From a virus: a stretch of 41,525 bases of DNA. Location: the IMG/VR virus record IMGVR_UViG_3300025174_001715, one strand, 5' to 3'. The first letter of the stretch is position 1. Each line of letters begins with the position of its first letter. Under the pieces are notes generated by a model. That model made no database searches, was not told the origin of the DNA, and saw only the letters and a list, made by a program, of their open reading frames with translations. Below, one piece after another: positions 26,901-36,012 of the stretch. Both the position numbers and the translations under genes were made by a program.

Positions 26901-28942
26901 TTGATAACCGAATTTCCATCGAACAAGCAAAAACAGAATTAGCAAAAACAAAACTAGCTGATCGCTATGCCGATTTAGGTTTTAAAGTTGAGAAAAAAAT
27001 TACAAAGAAGGGAGTAGTAAATAAAATAGTTCCAGATGATGTTGCAAAACAATATGAGGCATTTGAAAATGAATTGGTAAAACAAAATAAAAAAGCATTG
27101 GAAGCAAGTGGAAGAAATATTCTAAGTCCAGAGCAAACAGCCGAGTCGGTTAAAATGGCAGCAAGCAAGGCTGCTGGTAAAGGTGTTAAAACAGAAGAAG
27201 AACTAGCAGAGGAATTTTATCACCAAGCAGGACATAAAAAAGAGTTCATTCCAGAATATTTACGAAAGGAATTATCATTAGGCGAAGGTGTGTATGGCAG
27301 AGCTCCAGGAACACTTGGTTCTCCAAGAATCAAAGGTTCTCCTGAACTAGCAATTAAAGCTACAACCGATGAACTTTTAAGAATTAGAATAAAAGAACTA
27401 ACAGGCGAACCATTAACAAAGTTTGAAGTGACAGCATTAGAATCGGCTGCATTTGAAGCTCCTAAAAAAACAGCAACACAACAAGCTGGTAGAGTTGGTG
27501 GAATTATCAGAGGAGATGATATTTATCGATTTGGTCAAAGAGCTGATGAAGGACTAGAAGGAGTAGGAAAATCTACAACAAAACGACCACCACCTGTAAG
27601 CCCAGCAGGAGGACAGCAAGTTAGACAAATCACAAAAGAACAAATTGCTAACTATGCAAAAATTCGTGGAGTTTCAAAAGAAAGTGCAGAAACAATTCTG
27701 ACAAAACAAGCTGAACGAGAAGCAGGCCGAACAACAGGTAGAGTTGCAGACATCTTTGGTGGACAACCAGATACAAGTACAAGGACATTATTACAAATGC
27801 AACGAGGCATACTTGATCCCGATACTGGATTAGATATTTTGCGTGGTGGCAGACAAGCAGGACAAGGAATAGAAGATTTTGGAGAAACTTTCTTAACACA
27901 ATCAGGACGATTAAGACAAGTATCAAAAGAAACTACAACATTACTTACACCAAAAGGAACATTAAAACAAGTTCCAACTGATGATCTTTCAAGAATCACA
28001 AGCGTTGGTGGACAGTTTAAGAGAGTTAAAAGTTTAGGACCAGCAGATGACTTTTCACGAATATCAAAAATTGCAGATGAATCATTATCAGGTGAATCAC
28101 TTCTTGGCAGAAGGGCTGTATCAAGAGGTGGACAGATTTTTGAAGAACTTGGAGAACAAGGTGGCAAACGAGGTGCAAGAACAGGAAGCCAAATATTTGA
28201 CGATTTAGGAGAGGCCAGTCTGAAAACTACATCAAAAGCAGATGATTTCACTCCATCTCTAAAAACTGTAACACCAAAGAAGGGAGTAAGGCCACCATCA
28301 TTAATACCAAAAATTGCTGTAGGTGGAGCTTCAAAGATACCTTTAGGTCTTGGGGAGGCAGACATATTTGGACAAGGAAGTAAAAGTGATCCCTTTGGTG
28401 CAATAATTCCAAAAGTCGGTCAGGATGTTTCACAAATTCCAGGAAGTATAACAGATATTTTTACAGGTACTAAACAAAAAGAAAAAGGCGGTCTACGAGG
28501 TGGAGTATTGCAAGAAACATTTTATGAACAAGCACAAGGACAACGAGGAAAACAAAAATTGAAAACCCAAACACCAACTACACAACCAACAGCATATGAT
28601 CAGATGTTTAGTCCAATTCAGTATCAACAATTCCAATATCCAGAAGGAGGAAAGCCAGCAGAACCAGGGGGAAGACGAGGGCCAATATTTGATTACTTTG
28701 GTGATAGCGAAAGATCAGGTGACGCATCATCAAGTGCAAGGAAGTTTTATCGAGTATTTGATGTTGGTCGTGATGTAAAAGGTAGGCCAACTCCATTTGG
28801 CAGAGTGTCACGTGGTTTAGGTGTCCAAGTACAAAGTTCACGCGAGATCGGTGAAATTGAAGATGTTTTAGGACCAAGAAAAAGAGGTAAAAAGCCTATT
28901 CAAGAAACATACTTTAATATTGACTTTCAGAATTATTTCTAG
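23960..28942 (+). CDS. 1660-aa low-complexity protein (Pro/Ala/Lys-rich N-terminus), probable virion or genome-delivery protein
   Basis: Long uninterrupted ORF in a late-promoter unit; no recognisable enzymatic motif or signal peptide. Confidence 0.8.
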   Translation: MAQGRSAPKKATPSKPSAPSKPSAPSKPSAPAPKPSAPSRTERGPSTPAPAPKAAPAPSAPAPKPSPAPAPKPVSAPAKPAPTPVSVSRTERGFAAAPPSAPKAAPVISIPKAAVPKVPTSQQAYVSAAAPSPPPKAAPAPSRTDRGPTIRPTIISPEALVEDESFAQQAFAEEPSYEQPSYPPGTTQFIEEREAVTQFREEREAEEPFTPSMEIDTRQPEVDRAIIYEPIAPPPPPPPPKKEAKKLPEQQFAIGAVDTEGKVTILRTSGEVGKVSVATAEKLAAAGKIASGQDYDIFQTITTKVKGAKPGPVGGILSVGPEKPLVSPTRLEIGEPPKSKEQLREETLAFRAGISPNISLFDISQARLREDEIYGPGEVIGKRDLKTGEFVPLAGIEKEAVDIIRREQDIARVANALQAQRFMDITGAKSGIDVLAKEEELQKKGIQQIIEPQFTFGAYQAPSDVPYFEERPRIGGVDTPEKLAAIKERIEKTPRASLQETLGFGVPVVTTETIVETEFIPKAGVSKAQQQEYFPPVSIPEDKLPTSIEKTKTGTAEKLQQFGFGISPEFLKGVTQQEIKYDEPGKIAKPVPLSAEAKEYRATLSLGDRQMLEQLEGYPRAGIPKAQVDILSPEEASRRDVFGEESYLKPTSPFGSVVQGILTPAPLHLATGIERATGVQIVPKQVSGFFTDIGSAFSADIENEAIAVANVQKLASGQAQLEYNRTPQERVFGGTIENAFGSAFPTPLISEPDTQGMVDAQLKSGQIVKVSQTKAQELASEGRLETVGGGGAAQFKATESQIFSNELTSFLQRPGLTIGSTAEFVGSAILGGKVISVSAKAVSKGVKALRGIPAAPAAVRAAEKPFAQISQEFIPTTEPTSTITGKLLKGFGSITEKVSKTKEKVTQYSAITGQPIGKTREISTVVTGKEIEDLRKYNLQKGIKISYDRAKDLIIESRKRKVPLGEALAKPSDKEIQAFAIDNRISIEQAKTELAKTKLADRYADLGFKVEKKITKKGVVNKIVPDDVAKQYEAFENELVKQNKKALEASGRNILSPEQTAESVKMAASKAAGKGVKTEEELAEEFYHQAGHKKEFIPEYLRKELSLGEGVYGRAPGTLGSPRIKGSPELAIKATTDELLRIRIKELTGEPLTKFEVTALESAAFEAPKKTATQQAGRVGGIIRGDDIYRFGQRADEGLEGVGKSTTKRPPPVSPAGGQQVRQITKEQIANYAKIRGVSKESAETILTKQAEREAGRTTGRVADIFGGQPDTSTRTLLQMQRGILDPDTGLDILRGGRQAGQGIEDFGETFLTQSGRLRQVSKETTTLLTPKGTLKQVPTDDLSRITSVGGQFKRVKSLGPADDFSRISKIADESLSGESLLGRRAVSRGGQIFEELGEQGGKRGARTGSQIFDDLGEASLKTTSKADDFTPSLKTVTPKKGVRPPSLIPKIAVGGASKIPLGLGEADIFGQGSKSDPFGAIIPKVGQDVSQIPGSITDIFTGTKQKEKGGLRGGVLQETFYEQAQGQRGKQKLKTQTPTTQPTAYDQMFSPIQYQQFQYPEGGKPAEPGGRRGPIFDYFGDSERSGDASSSARKFYRVFDVGRDVKGRPTPFGRVSRGLGVQVQSSREIGEIEDVLGPRKRGKKPIQETYFNIDFQNYF
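23994..24050 (+). repeat. 18-bp tandem repeat CACCTTCAAAACCATCTG x3 (PSKPSA)
   Basis: Direct reading. Confidence 0.85.
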
Positions 28943-28957
28943 ATCCAATTAATTCAA

Positions 28958-28968
28958 TAATCTTATAT
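28958..28968 (+). promoter_or_regulatory. Promoter motif TAATCTTATAT opening the integrase block
   Basis: About 35 nt before ATG 28994. Confidence 0.65.
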
Positions 28969-29141
28969 TCATTCACTTTTGAAGTTATAATCAATGAAGC
29001 GTGTACGATGTAAAGTATGCAATCAAGTTACATTTTCACTACGATACATGAACATGAATTTGTGGGGTAAACCAAAGGGCAATCCACAATATTGTAGTAA
29101 ATGTGATATATATTGGATCAAAGGCAAGAGGAGGTGAATAG

Positions 29142-29438
29142 ATGGAAAAATTAATGATAGCAACAGTAGTTTACAAATTTCTTGTAGATGAAGAAGATGA
29201 AGGAAAAATAGTTTCGGATCTTATGAGAAGAAGTCAAAACTTACATGTGTATTCAGTAAATCTAGCGGAAGCACCATACAATCTACAACCACAATACTAT
29301 AAAACATTAATAGCAATTGCAGACCGTTATCAAGCACAACTTGAAGCACAGCAACATCAACAATATTCAGAACCCACACAACCCCAACAAGAACAAGAAC
29401 AAGAAGCTCAGGTAAGACCAGAACTTCCACAGGAGTAA
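29142..29438 (+). CDS. Hypothetical protein with Gln/Glu-rich tail
   Basis: GGAGGTGA RBS. Confidence 0.7.
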   Translation: MEKLMIATVVYKFLVDEEDEGKIVSDLMRRSQNLHVYSVNLAEAPYNLQPQYYKTLIAIADRYQAQLEAQQHQQYSEPTQPQQEQEQEAQVRPELPQE

Positions 29439-29445
29439 ATAGAGA

Positions 29446-30867
29446 TTGGAAGTGCAACAACAACCAGTTCTTCCTTGGGATAATCCAAGAATAAATGACG
29501 AAAAGGCCAAAGAGTTACTAAAAGCTAGAGTTTTAGAACTTACCCTTCCACCTCATAATCTTACTAGAAAAAATATTGCTCTTTTTGTAAACAGGTCAGA
29601 AACTAAGGTATACCAGATTCAAAGGGAACTAGTAGAAGAAGGTAAACTGAATACATCGGTCACAGGCCATATTATAAAGGCAAAACCAGATAGGCAGGCT
29701 TCAAAATATCAGGATCTTACTCAGACTCAGTTCATGCAGATAGACAGTGTTCTGCGATGGAGAGATTCACTAATAAGATCAAATGTAAAAAAATACAAAT
29801 ATCTAATTGTAAATTTTTGGAAGGTATGCAAAACATTAGACGTGCATCCAGACGTATTTTTAATTGATGATTTTAAAGAGATCAATCCGCTTGTCGACAA
29901 GTTTATCCAACTGTTCAAGGACGGAAAAATCCACTATCTCAACAAGAATGTAAAAAAAAATCCATTAGAACAATCAAAGATGAACCCACAACATTACTTG
30001 GAAGCAATTAGAAGTTTTATCAAACGAAATGGACTTGAAGTACCAGATGGGGAGTTAGTAATACAAAGAAAGGCAGTTGATCGGTATGCACATTCAAAAC
30101 TTACGGACAGTGAACGACTACAGGGAATTACAATAATGTCACAATTAGATCATACTTTTGGGGATATTTTTACACTACACAATGAAATTGGAGTTCGTAC
30201 AAATACATTATTTACAATGAAGCCAACATTTGAAAAGTTTGTACGGTCATTGGACGCATCAGATGAAAACGATGAGATGAGATTGCCAGTAATATGTACT
30301 TGGTATAAGACAAGAATCTGGGAAGAAAAACAGGAAAAGGCAGGGAAGGGAGGTTATTTTGAAAAATATATCTTTACACCAAAAGCAAAGGCAGTAGTTG
30401 AAAGACTAAAGGACAATGAAGCAATACACAATTTCACAAACATCAACGAGGCAAAAAAAGATTATAATGAAAAATTACGCCAGCTCTATGCAACTCTTGG
30501 AATAATTAGTAAAAGTCCAATCGATCAAAAAAAATACGAGGAAGGAAGTCTGAAATATTATTTTGTGGAACAATCCACAGGAGTTATAAGGCATAGCTGT
30601 GTGCATTGGTTGATGCGTATCACAGGAAATAATGCAGCAGCAGTATCATCATTATTCTGGGAAAAGACAGAAACCCTTGACATCTATGCAAAACAAACGT
30701 TTGACGATCTATTGCAAGTAAATGACTGTGCATTTTGTAGACCACCTGTAGACAACGATAACAGGTATAGAAGATTTGATAATCTCAAACATGCACTAAT
30801 TTATTATAATAATGGAGGAAAGACTAAAAAACAGATGATAGAGGAGTACAAAAATGCTAGACCATAA
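29446..30867 (+). CDS. Divergent tyrosine recombinase/integrase with N-terminal HTH
   Basis: EIGVRTNTL (catalytic R), VIRHS (HxxR variant), FWEKTETLDIY (W…Y); N-terminal LTRKNIALFVNRSETKVYQI HTH. Confidence 0.65.
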   Translation: MEVQQQPVLPWDNPRINDEKAKELLKARVLELTLPPHNLTRKNIALFVNRSETKVYQIQRELVEEGKLNTSVTGHIIKAKPDRQASKYQDLTQTQFMQIDSVLRWRDSLIRSNVKKYKYLIVNFWKVCKTLDVHPDVFLIDDFKEINPLVDKFIQLFKDGKIHYLNKNVKKNPLEQSKMNPQHYLEAIRSFIKRNGLEVPDGELVIQRKAVDRYAHSKLTDSERLQGITIMSQLDHTFGDIFTLHNEIGVRTNTLFTMKPTFEKFVRSLDASDENDEMRLPVICTWYKTRIWEEKQEKAGKGGYFEKYIFTPKAKAVVERLKDNEAIHNFTNINEAKKDYNEKLRQLYATLGIISKSPIDQKKYEEGSLKYYFVEQSTGVIRHSCVHWLMRITGNNAAAVSSLFWEKTETLDIYAKQTFDDLLQVNDCAFCRPPVDNDNRYRRFDNLKHALIYYNNGGKTKKQMIEEYKNARP

Positions 30868-31276
30868 GGCAAAAATGGTATACCTGATAACAGTTTTCCG
30901 AATATCAGAACATGCAAAGAAACTGAAGCAGGAAGGCAAAACAGCTTTAATGGATTTTATTCGTAAGCAGATAGCTCCTACTGTCGATTACAGGGAATGG
31001 AGTCAGCTCGAACATGATATTTCAGAGCTGAAAAAAACAGTAAATAGATACATAATTGATGGTTTGATGACATCCTTAAAACCAGAAAAGATTTCAAGCG
31101 AGGCAGAAAAAATATTCCAGGATGACATTTCAGAATTGGATAACAAGGTCAGGGATGAGATGAAAAAAATCGATTTAAAGAAATTAAAAGAAACTATTCC
31201 TAAAGATCAGATGGAACAGTTAAATAATTTATTTGATATGGTCTTAAAAGAGAAAGGCGATGAGGAAAAGAGGTAG
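30854..31276 (+). CDS. Hypothetical helical protein
   Basis: GAGGAG RBS; overlaps the recombinase end. Confidence 0.7.
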   Translation: MLDHKAKMVYLITVFRISEHAKKLKQEGKTALMDFIRKQIAPTVDYREWSQLEHDISELKKTVNRYIIDGLMTSLKPEKISSEAEKIFQDDISELDNKVRDEMKKIDLKKLKETIPKDQMEQLNNLFDMVLKEKGDEEKR

Positions 31277-31421
31277 AACGTTAATTGATGATAGCACCAC
31301 CTGATGCTGGAAAAACAATTGGGCCATTATGCCCAATCTGTAAAAAACCATACAATGAACATTCATGGTTACAAAAACAGGACTGTAATCGTAGAATGAA
31401 AAGAGAAGACAGAGATCAAGT

Positions 31422-31733
31422 GTGGCAAAAAGAAAAGGAATCCTTCCGTTGATAAAGATGAAAAAATATTCAAATAAAATCCAGAGTCCTACAGCCAGCT
31501 ACAACAGCTACAAGAAAATTAATTGGACTGAACCTAAACCAACCAAATCAGGAAGAGATGCAGTTGAAATATGGAATGACTTAAAACATGCTTGGTCATC
31601 CTACAAAATGTACCTTATGTACGATGATAAAATTAACATGATAATAAAAGCAAAACTTATCAGAAAATTACAGGATGATTTGGGAATGACACAAGAGAAA
31701 TTTACAAATACAGAACTTCATGGAATATTCTAA
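31422..31733 (+). CDS. Hypothetical protein (WNDLKHAW…IRKLQDDLG)
   Basis: Motif resembles, from memory, small Nitrososphaerota hypothetical proteins; unverified. Confidence 0.55.
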   Translation: MAKRKGILPLIKMKKYSNKIQSPTASYNSYKKINWTEPKPTKSGRDAVEIWNDLKHAWSSYKMYLMYDDKINMIIKAKLIRKLQDDLGMTQEKFTNTELHGIF

Positions 31734-32116
31734 GATGGCTAGCGAACATAAACAGAAATTCAGATTGGATAAAAAATCATTTTTAATTGGATTAATGATT
31801 GGAGGAAACGCCTCATTATGGACAATCGTAGCAATTGTGAAACATTGGATATGAGTGAAGACGCACAAAAGCCAAAACATAGTGTAATGAAGATATGCAA
31901 GTATTGTAGTAACATTGAAGGAATTGCACGATCACTTTGTACTGAATGTGGTAATGATAAATTTTGGAGGCAAAGAGATGTCAAATCAATGTAATTGTCA
32001 TTATAAAAAACTAGCACCAATTTATAAATTCCTTTATGATGAATTTGGATTATTAAATTGCAGTAAGTGTGGGATGATAGTAAGAGAAAAAAATAGTAAA
32101 AAACATTGGAGTAAAC

Positions 32117-32365
32117 ATGTCAAATCCCAATAAACCAAAAAGTGTCCATGAGGCAGTGGCAAGAACATTTTATCCAGAAGATAGAATTTGTAAAAGATGT
32201 AATCATCATGCCTGTAAAGGATGTGAGGATTGGTGTGATATAATGGCAAACAATGAAGAAGAAGTAAAAGAATATGGTGTTTACATCTTAGACAGATTAA
32301 AAGATGGAAAAGGGAAATATGTCGATTTTCCTGTTTTATGTTGTGGAGGTTCGTGCGACTATTGA
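32117..32365 (+). CDS. Cys-rich protein
   Basis: CKRCNHHACKGC…C…CCGGSC. Confidence 0.6.
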   Translation: MSNPNKPKSVHEAVARTFYPEDRICKRCNHHACKGCEDWCDIMANNEEEVKEYGVYILDRLKDGKGKYVDFPVLCCGGSCDY

Positions 32366-32422
32366 CTAGAAAAAATCACATTGGCCCATTATGTGAAAAA
32401 AACAAACATGACGAATGTATGA

Positions 32423-33094
32423 GTGGTGTCTGTGTATGCGAGTGTCATAAAAATGATTAAGAAATTAAAAAAGAGAAAATTCATTCTAGGTGCTGGATCA
32501 AAATACAAACCCAAAGGCTACTTAGAAGCATATAATGTAAACACAAAGTCCTTACGAAAGAAAAAATATAAAATTATCTATGCAGATCCACCTTGGAAAT
32601 ATGGAGATATAAACACAGGTGGTAATTTCAAGAGTGGGAGTGCAAATCATTATCTAACAATGACAAAGGCTGAGATTGAAGATGTACTGCTGACAGTCAA
32701 AAAAGCCGATGATTGTGTTTTGTTCATGTGGAGTACATATCCGATGATTGAAGACGCTTTAGAGATTATAAAAAATTCAGGTTTTAAATTCAAGACAGTA
32801 GCTTTCACTTGGGTTAAAAAAACTGTAAATGGAAAGGATGTTTTTGGCATGGGAAGATGGACTAGAGGAAACCCTGAAATTTGCCTATTAGGGATCATGG
32901 GAAAACCAAAGGCGATAGATCACTCAATACCAAACCTTACCTATGCACAAGTAGGAAGGCACTCACAAAAACCAAAAATATTTTACGAAAAGATCGAAAA
33001 ACTTTGTGGTAAACTGCCTAGAATTGAACTTTTTGCAAGAAATACTAGAAAAGGTTGGGCTTCGTGGGGGAACGAAGTAGGGTTGACTCATTAA
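32423..33094 (+). CDS. MT-A70-family N6-adenine methyltransferase
   Basis: IIYADPPW, LFMWST, FTWVK, GMGRWTRGNPEICLLG, HSQKP, ELFAR, GWASWGNE. Confidence 0.93.
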   Translation: MVSVYASVIKMIKKLKKRKFILGAGSKYKPKGYLEAYNVNTKSLRKKKYKIIYADPPWKYGDINTGGNFKSGSANHYLTMTKAEIEDVLLTVKKADDCVLFMWSTYPMIEDALEIIKNSGFKFKTVAFTWVKKTVNGKDVFGMGRWTRGNPEICLLGIMGKPKAIDHSIPNLTYAQVGRHSQKPKIFYEKIEKLCGKLPRIELFARNTRKGWASWGNEVGLTH

Positions 33095-33097
33095 AAT

Positions 33098-33111
33098 TTT
33101 CTTTTAAATAA
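33098..33111 (+). promoter_or_regulatory. Late-type promoter TTTCTTTTAAATAA
   Basis: 36 nt before ATG 33134. Confidence 0.75.
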
Positions 33112-33133
33112 CCTGAGATTTTTCTATAATTAA

Positions 33134-33793
33134 ATGTCATTTGAAAAATACATGAATTTTGATCAATACTTGAACCCTAAATATGGCAAGAGTAAAAATG
33201 GCAAGAACGGAAATGGTCGAAACGGTAGAAACAGACATGCAAATCACCAATCAGGTGAATTTGATTTCGGTGATTTAGGTTTAGGTTTTAATGGTAGTTT
33301 CAAGAATCTTGGTGGAAATTATCTTGAAAAAGTAAATGCTAAACGTGGTTCTTCTTATGATTATATGGATAGTGGATTTGATGTTGGTGGATCACAAGGA
33401 TTTGATGTCGGTGGACAGCAAAGTGCTATTTCACCACTTTTTCAACAAGGTTTTGGTTATTCAGGTAAACGAACTCGATTAGAAAAAATTGCTGATAGAG
33501 AAACAAGAGAAGAAGACCGAGCTAGGAAAAAAAGACTAAAGCGAGAAGCCAAAGAATCTAAAAGTAGAAAATCCAATGGTAGTAGTGAATATACTGAACA
33601 TGGTACTCAAAAATTAGCTGGAATCAAGGGGGATACCATAGGTGGAAAAATAATTGGCAAACTTACAAAAAAACATTCAAAGTATTCAAAAGAAGACTTG
33701 AAGTCAGAAGATGAAGCTGACAAACAAACTAGAGCTAGACTACGAGAATTAATTGAAGAAGAAAAACAAAGAAAAGCGGAGGAAAGAAAGTAA
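33134..33793 (+). CDS. Gly/Phe-rich, then highly charged disordered protein
   Basis: First gene of a TAATG/TGATG-coupled operon. Confidence 0.75.
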   Translation: MSFEKYMNFDQYLNPKYGKSKNGKNGNGRNGRNRHANHQSGEFDFGDLGLGFNGSFKNLGGNYLEKVNAKRGSSYDYMDSGFDVGGSQGFDVGGQQSAISPLFQQGFGYSGKRTRLEKIADRETREEDRARKKRLKREAKESKSRKSNGSSEYTEHGTQKLAGIKGDTIGGKIIGKLTKKHSKYSKEDLKSEDEADKQTRARLRELIEEEKQRKAEERK

Positions 33794-34311
33794 TGGCAAA
33801 AAAAGGAAATGGAAATGGATTCTTTGGTGGATTTGACACAGTGCCAAAATCAAATGTTGATGACTTTGACAGAGGATTTGGATTGGACTATGACTTTGGT
33901 GGCAAGTTAAGCAAACAGGGTAGAGAAAAACCATTGTTTCAAGACGCTGGATTCACAGAAGAATACATGCGTTCAAGAGATAACAATGCACCTGAAGCCA
34001 TAAGTAATAACTATAATGATGAAGTGTCAGAGTCAGATATTATAGGTTCAGATTTCACCGATCCAAAAAATCAACAGGGCTTTCAAGACATGTTGTTATT
34101 TGATAAACTAGACAATGTTAATATCGGAAAAAAATCTACACGTGGAGTTTCAAAAGATGTAAAACTAAAACGAAGATTTTCACGAGCAAGAAAACAAGCA
34201 TTAGCAACTGGTGGAAATCCAATAGATCCTAATGAAGAACGAAGATACAGTCGTATCGGTCCAACAAGAAACTTTGGTCGTAGTGCTGGCGATGGAGATG
34301 ACTTGTATTGA
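33793..34311 (+). CDS. Disordered Asp/Gly/Phe-rich protein
   Basis: Coupled ORF. Confidence 0.75.
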   Translation: MAKKGNGNGFFGGFDTVPKSNVDDFDRGFGLDYDFGGKLSKQGREKPLFQDAGFTEEYMRSRDNNAPEAISNNYNDEVSESDIIGSDFTDPKNQQGFQDMLLFDKLDNVNIGKKSTRGVSKDVKLKRRFSRARKQALATGGNPIDPNEERRYSRIGPTRNFGRSAGDGDDLY

Positions 34312-34586
34312 AATCTAAACGTTCACCATCAATAACAAAGAGGGAAAAAGAACATGCTGCATATTATGTTCATAATAAGTTACGAAGCAAAAAAGCACAA
34401 GATGTTGACAATGGAACAACAAGAGGTGTCACAGATAATTTTGGTGAGTGGTGGGAAGATCCAATGCGACATGATTTACCAGGAATCGATACAATGATCA
34501 GAGGTGTTCCACTAGGTTATGATTCACGAAAAGGTAAGAAAGCACATGACGAAATTGTAAGCATATTTGGAGTGCCAAAATTATGA
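34308..34586 (+). CDS. Hypothetical protein
   Basis: TTGA-coupled. Confidence 0.65.
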   Translation: MKSKRSPSITKREKEHAAYYVHNKLRSKKAQDVDNGTTRGVTDNFGEWWEDPMRHDLPGIDTMIRGVPLGYDSRKGKKAHDEIVSIFGVPKL

Positions 34587-34777
34587 AATATCTAAAAGAG
34601 ATTCCAAAAAATGCAATACCAGATATTGCAGATGATTTTAACAAAAAATTATTTGGGGAAAAAGCTAGTTACAAGAACAGCAGTTTCTTTACTGATAAAA
34701 ATCTCGTAGATGCAACAAACAAACCATTTGGAAAAGGCTTGGAGAAAAAATTGAAAAAATCAAAGGAGTTACTCTAA
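34583..34777 (+). CDS. Lys-rich small protein
   Basis: Coupled. Confidence 0.6.
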   Translation: MKYLKEIPKNAIPDIADDFNKKLFGEKASYKNSSFFTDKNLVDATNKPFGKGLEKKLKKSKELL

Positions 34778-35034
34778 TGGCACTAAAATTTGGTAGAAGA
34801 TCAAGACCACCACCACCAGCAAGAGGATATGGGTATGGTCATGGAAAAGGAAAGCCACCAAAATTTCCTCCACCAATTGTACCAACACCACCGCCAATTG
34901 AACCATCACCACCACCAATAGATGACGGAATGGCAAAAGATTGTTTTGGTTCACCATGTCCACCCAAATCATTTAGAAAAAGAAGTAGGGTAACATTCGT
35001 TACACGCGGAGTTCAGGGGATAAGGAGATACTGA
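34777..35034 (+). CDS. Pro/Arg-rich small protein
   Basis: Poly-Pro runs; coupled. Confidence 0.65.
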   Translation: MALKFGRRSRPPPPARGYGYGHGKGKPPKFPPPIVPTPPPIEPSPPPIDDGMAKDCFGSPCPPKSFRKRSRVTFVTRGVQGIRRY

Positions 35035-35375
35035 TGAGTAATTTAGCTGGTGCAACAGGTGCAATTACAAACATTGTTGGATTAGGATTTACCTTGGGTG
35101 CATTAGGATTAGCATTAAATTTCACACAACGAGCATTTGATCAAGTTCCAGACTATAGAGGTAGAACAAGAAGAAGTAAACCAATCATGGATATGGGATT
35201 GCCAAAAAAGAAAAACCAAAACTCTTATGATTTCTATGGTGGCTATCAAACTGAGTCTGCTGTTCCATATGACTATGGTTCAGATTATGGCATGGGTTAC
35301 GGAATGAAAGAAAATGGAAAGAAAAAACAATCACTAAGTTCAGATGACATGTTTGATCTATCAAGGTATTTCTAA
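35034..35375 (+). CDS. Protein with N-terminal hydrophobic Gly/Ala helix and YG-rich tail
   Basis: Coupled. Confidence 0.7.
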   Translation: MSNLAGATGAITNIVGLGFTLGALGLALNFTQRAFDQVPDYRGRTRRSKPIMDMGLPKKKNQNSYDFYGGYQTESAVPYDYGSDYGMGYGMKENGKKKQSLSSDDMFDLSRYF

Positions 35376-36004
35376 TGGTTACACAAGAACAGATTATTCA
35401 AAGGCGAGTAAAGTTTGCAAAACAGTTTGTTGAACAAGGTGCGACAGTACCACAGGCTGTAAAATTATCTGGTGTAGCTGAAGCTACAGCACAACGCAGA
35501 GGTCGTGCATATGATCCACTTGCAGTTGTAATTGAAGCAGCAGTTGCACCACCTCCACCTCCTCCACCACCAACCTGTAAGCCTGATGAAATGCTTAGTG
35601 GAAATAGATGTGTTCCAAGAACAGTTCCAGGTCTAGGATGTTTCCAGTTATCACCTAAACAATCAATTGCAAGAGGAATTTCAATGCGTGGATGTCCTGG
35701 TATGCCAGGATTTGTTTACATAGCTGATTTTAATGAGCAAGCTAATTTAACAACTGACAGATATTTTTCACAAACTATCTCTAGCAATCAGGCAGCACTA
35801 AAGGCTGCTGGATATAAGTCACCACCTTCTAATGCAGGACTCTCTCGACTTGCATATGATATAGGCAAAGCACAGCAAGTTATGGTTAAACAGTGTAGAG
35901 GAAGTTTCACAAATTCACCTTCATGTAGAAGTGCAAGTAATCGAGTTGCTAGTTTACGAAAACAACAAGATGACATAAAGAACGCACCGTATGGTTGGTT
36001 TTGA
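35375..36004 (+). CDS. Tandem paralog A (conserved N-domain, poly-Pro linker, Cys-containing C-domain)
   Basis: Aligns along its length with 36013-36624. Confidence 0.8.
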   Translation: MVTQEQIIQRRVKFAKQFVEQGATVPQAVKLSGVAEATAQRRGRAYDPLAVVIEAAVAPPPPPPPPTCKPDEMLSGNRCVPRTVPGLGCFQLSPKQSIARGISMRGCPGMPGFVYIADFNEQANLTTDRYFSQTISSNQAALKAAGYKSPPSNAGLSRLAYDIGKAQQVMVKQCRGSFTNSPSCRSASNRVASLRKQQDDIKNAPYGWF

Positions 36005-36012
36005 GGATTAAG

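Noticed and set aside
24087-28877. Alternative-frame and antisense ORFs inside the 1660-aa gene (for example 27652-28365)
   Set aside because: Shadow ORFs of a strongly biased coding strand; no independent signals.
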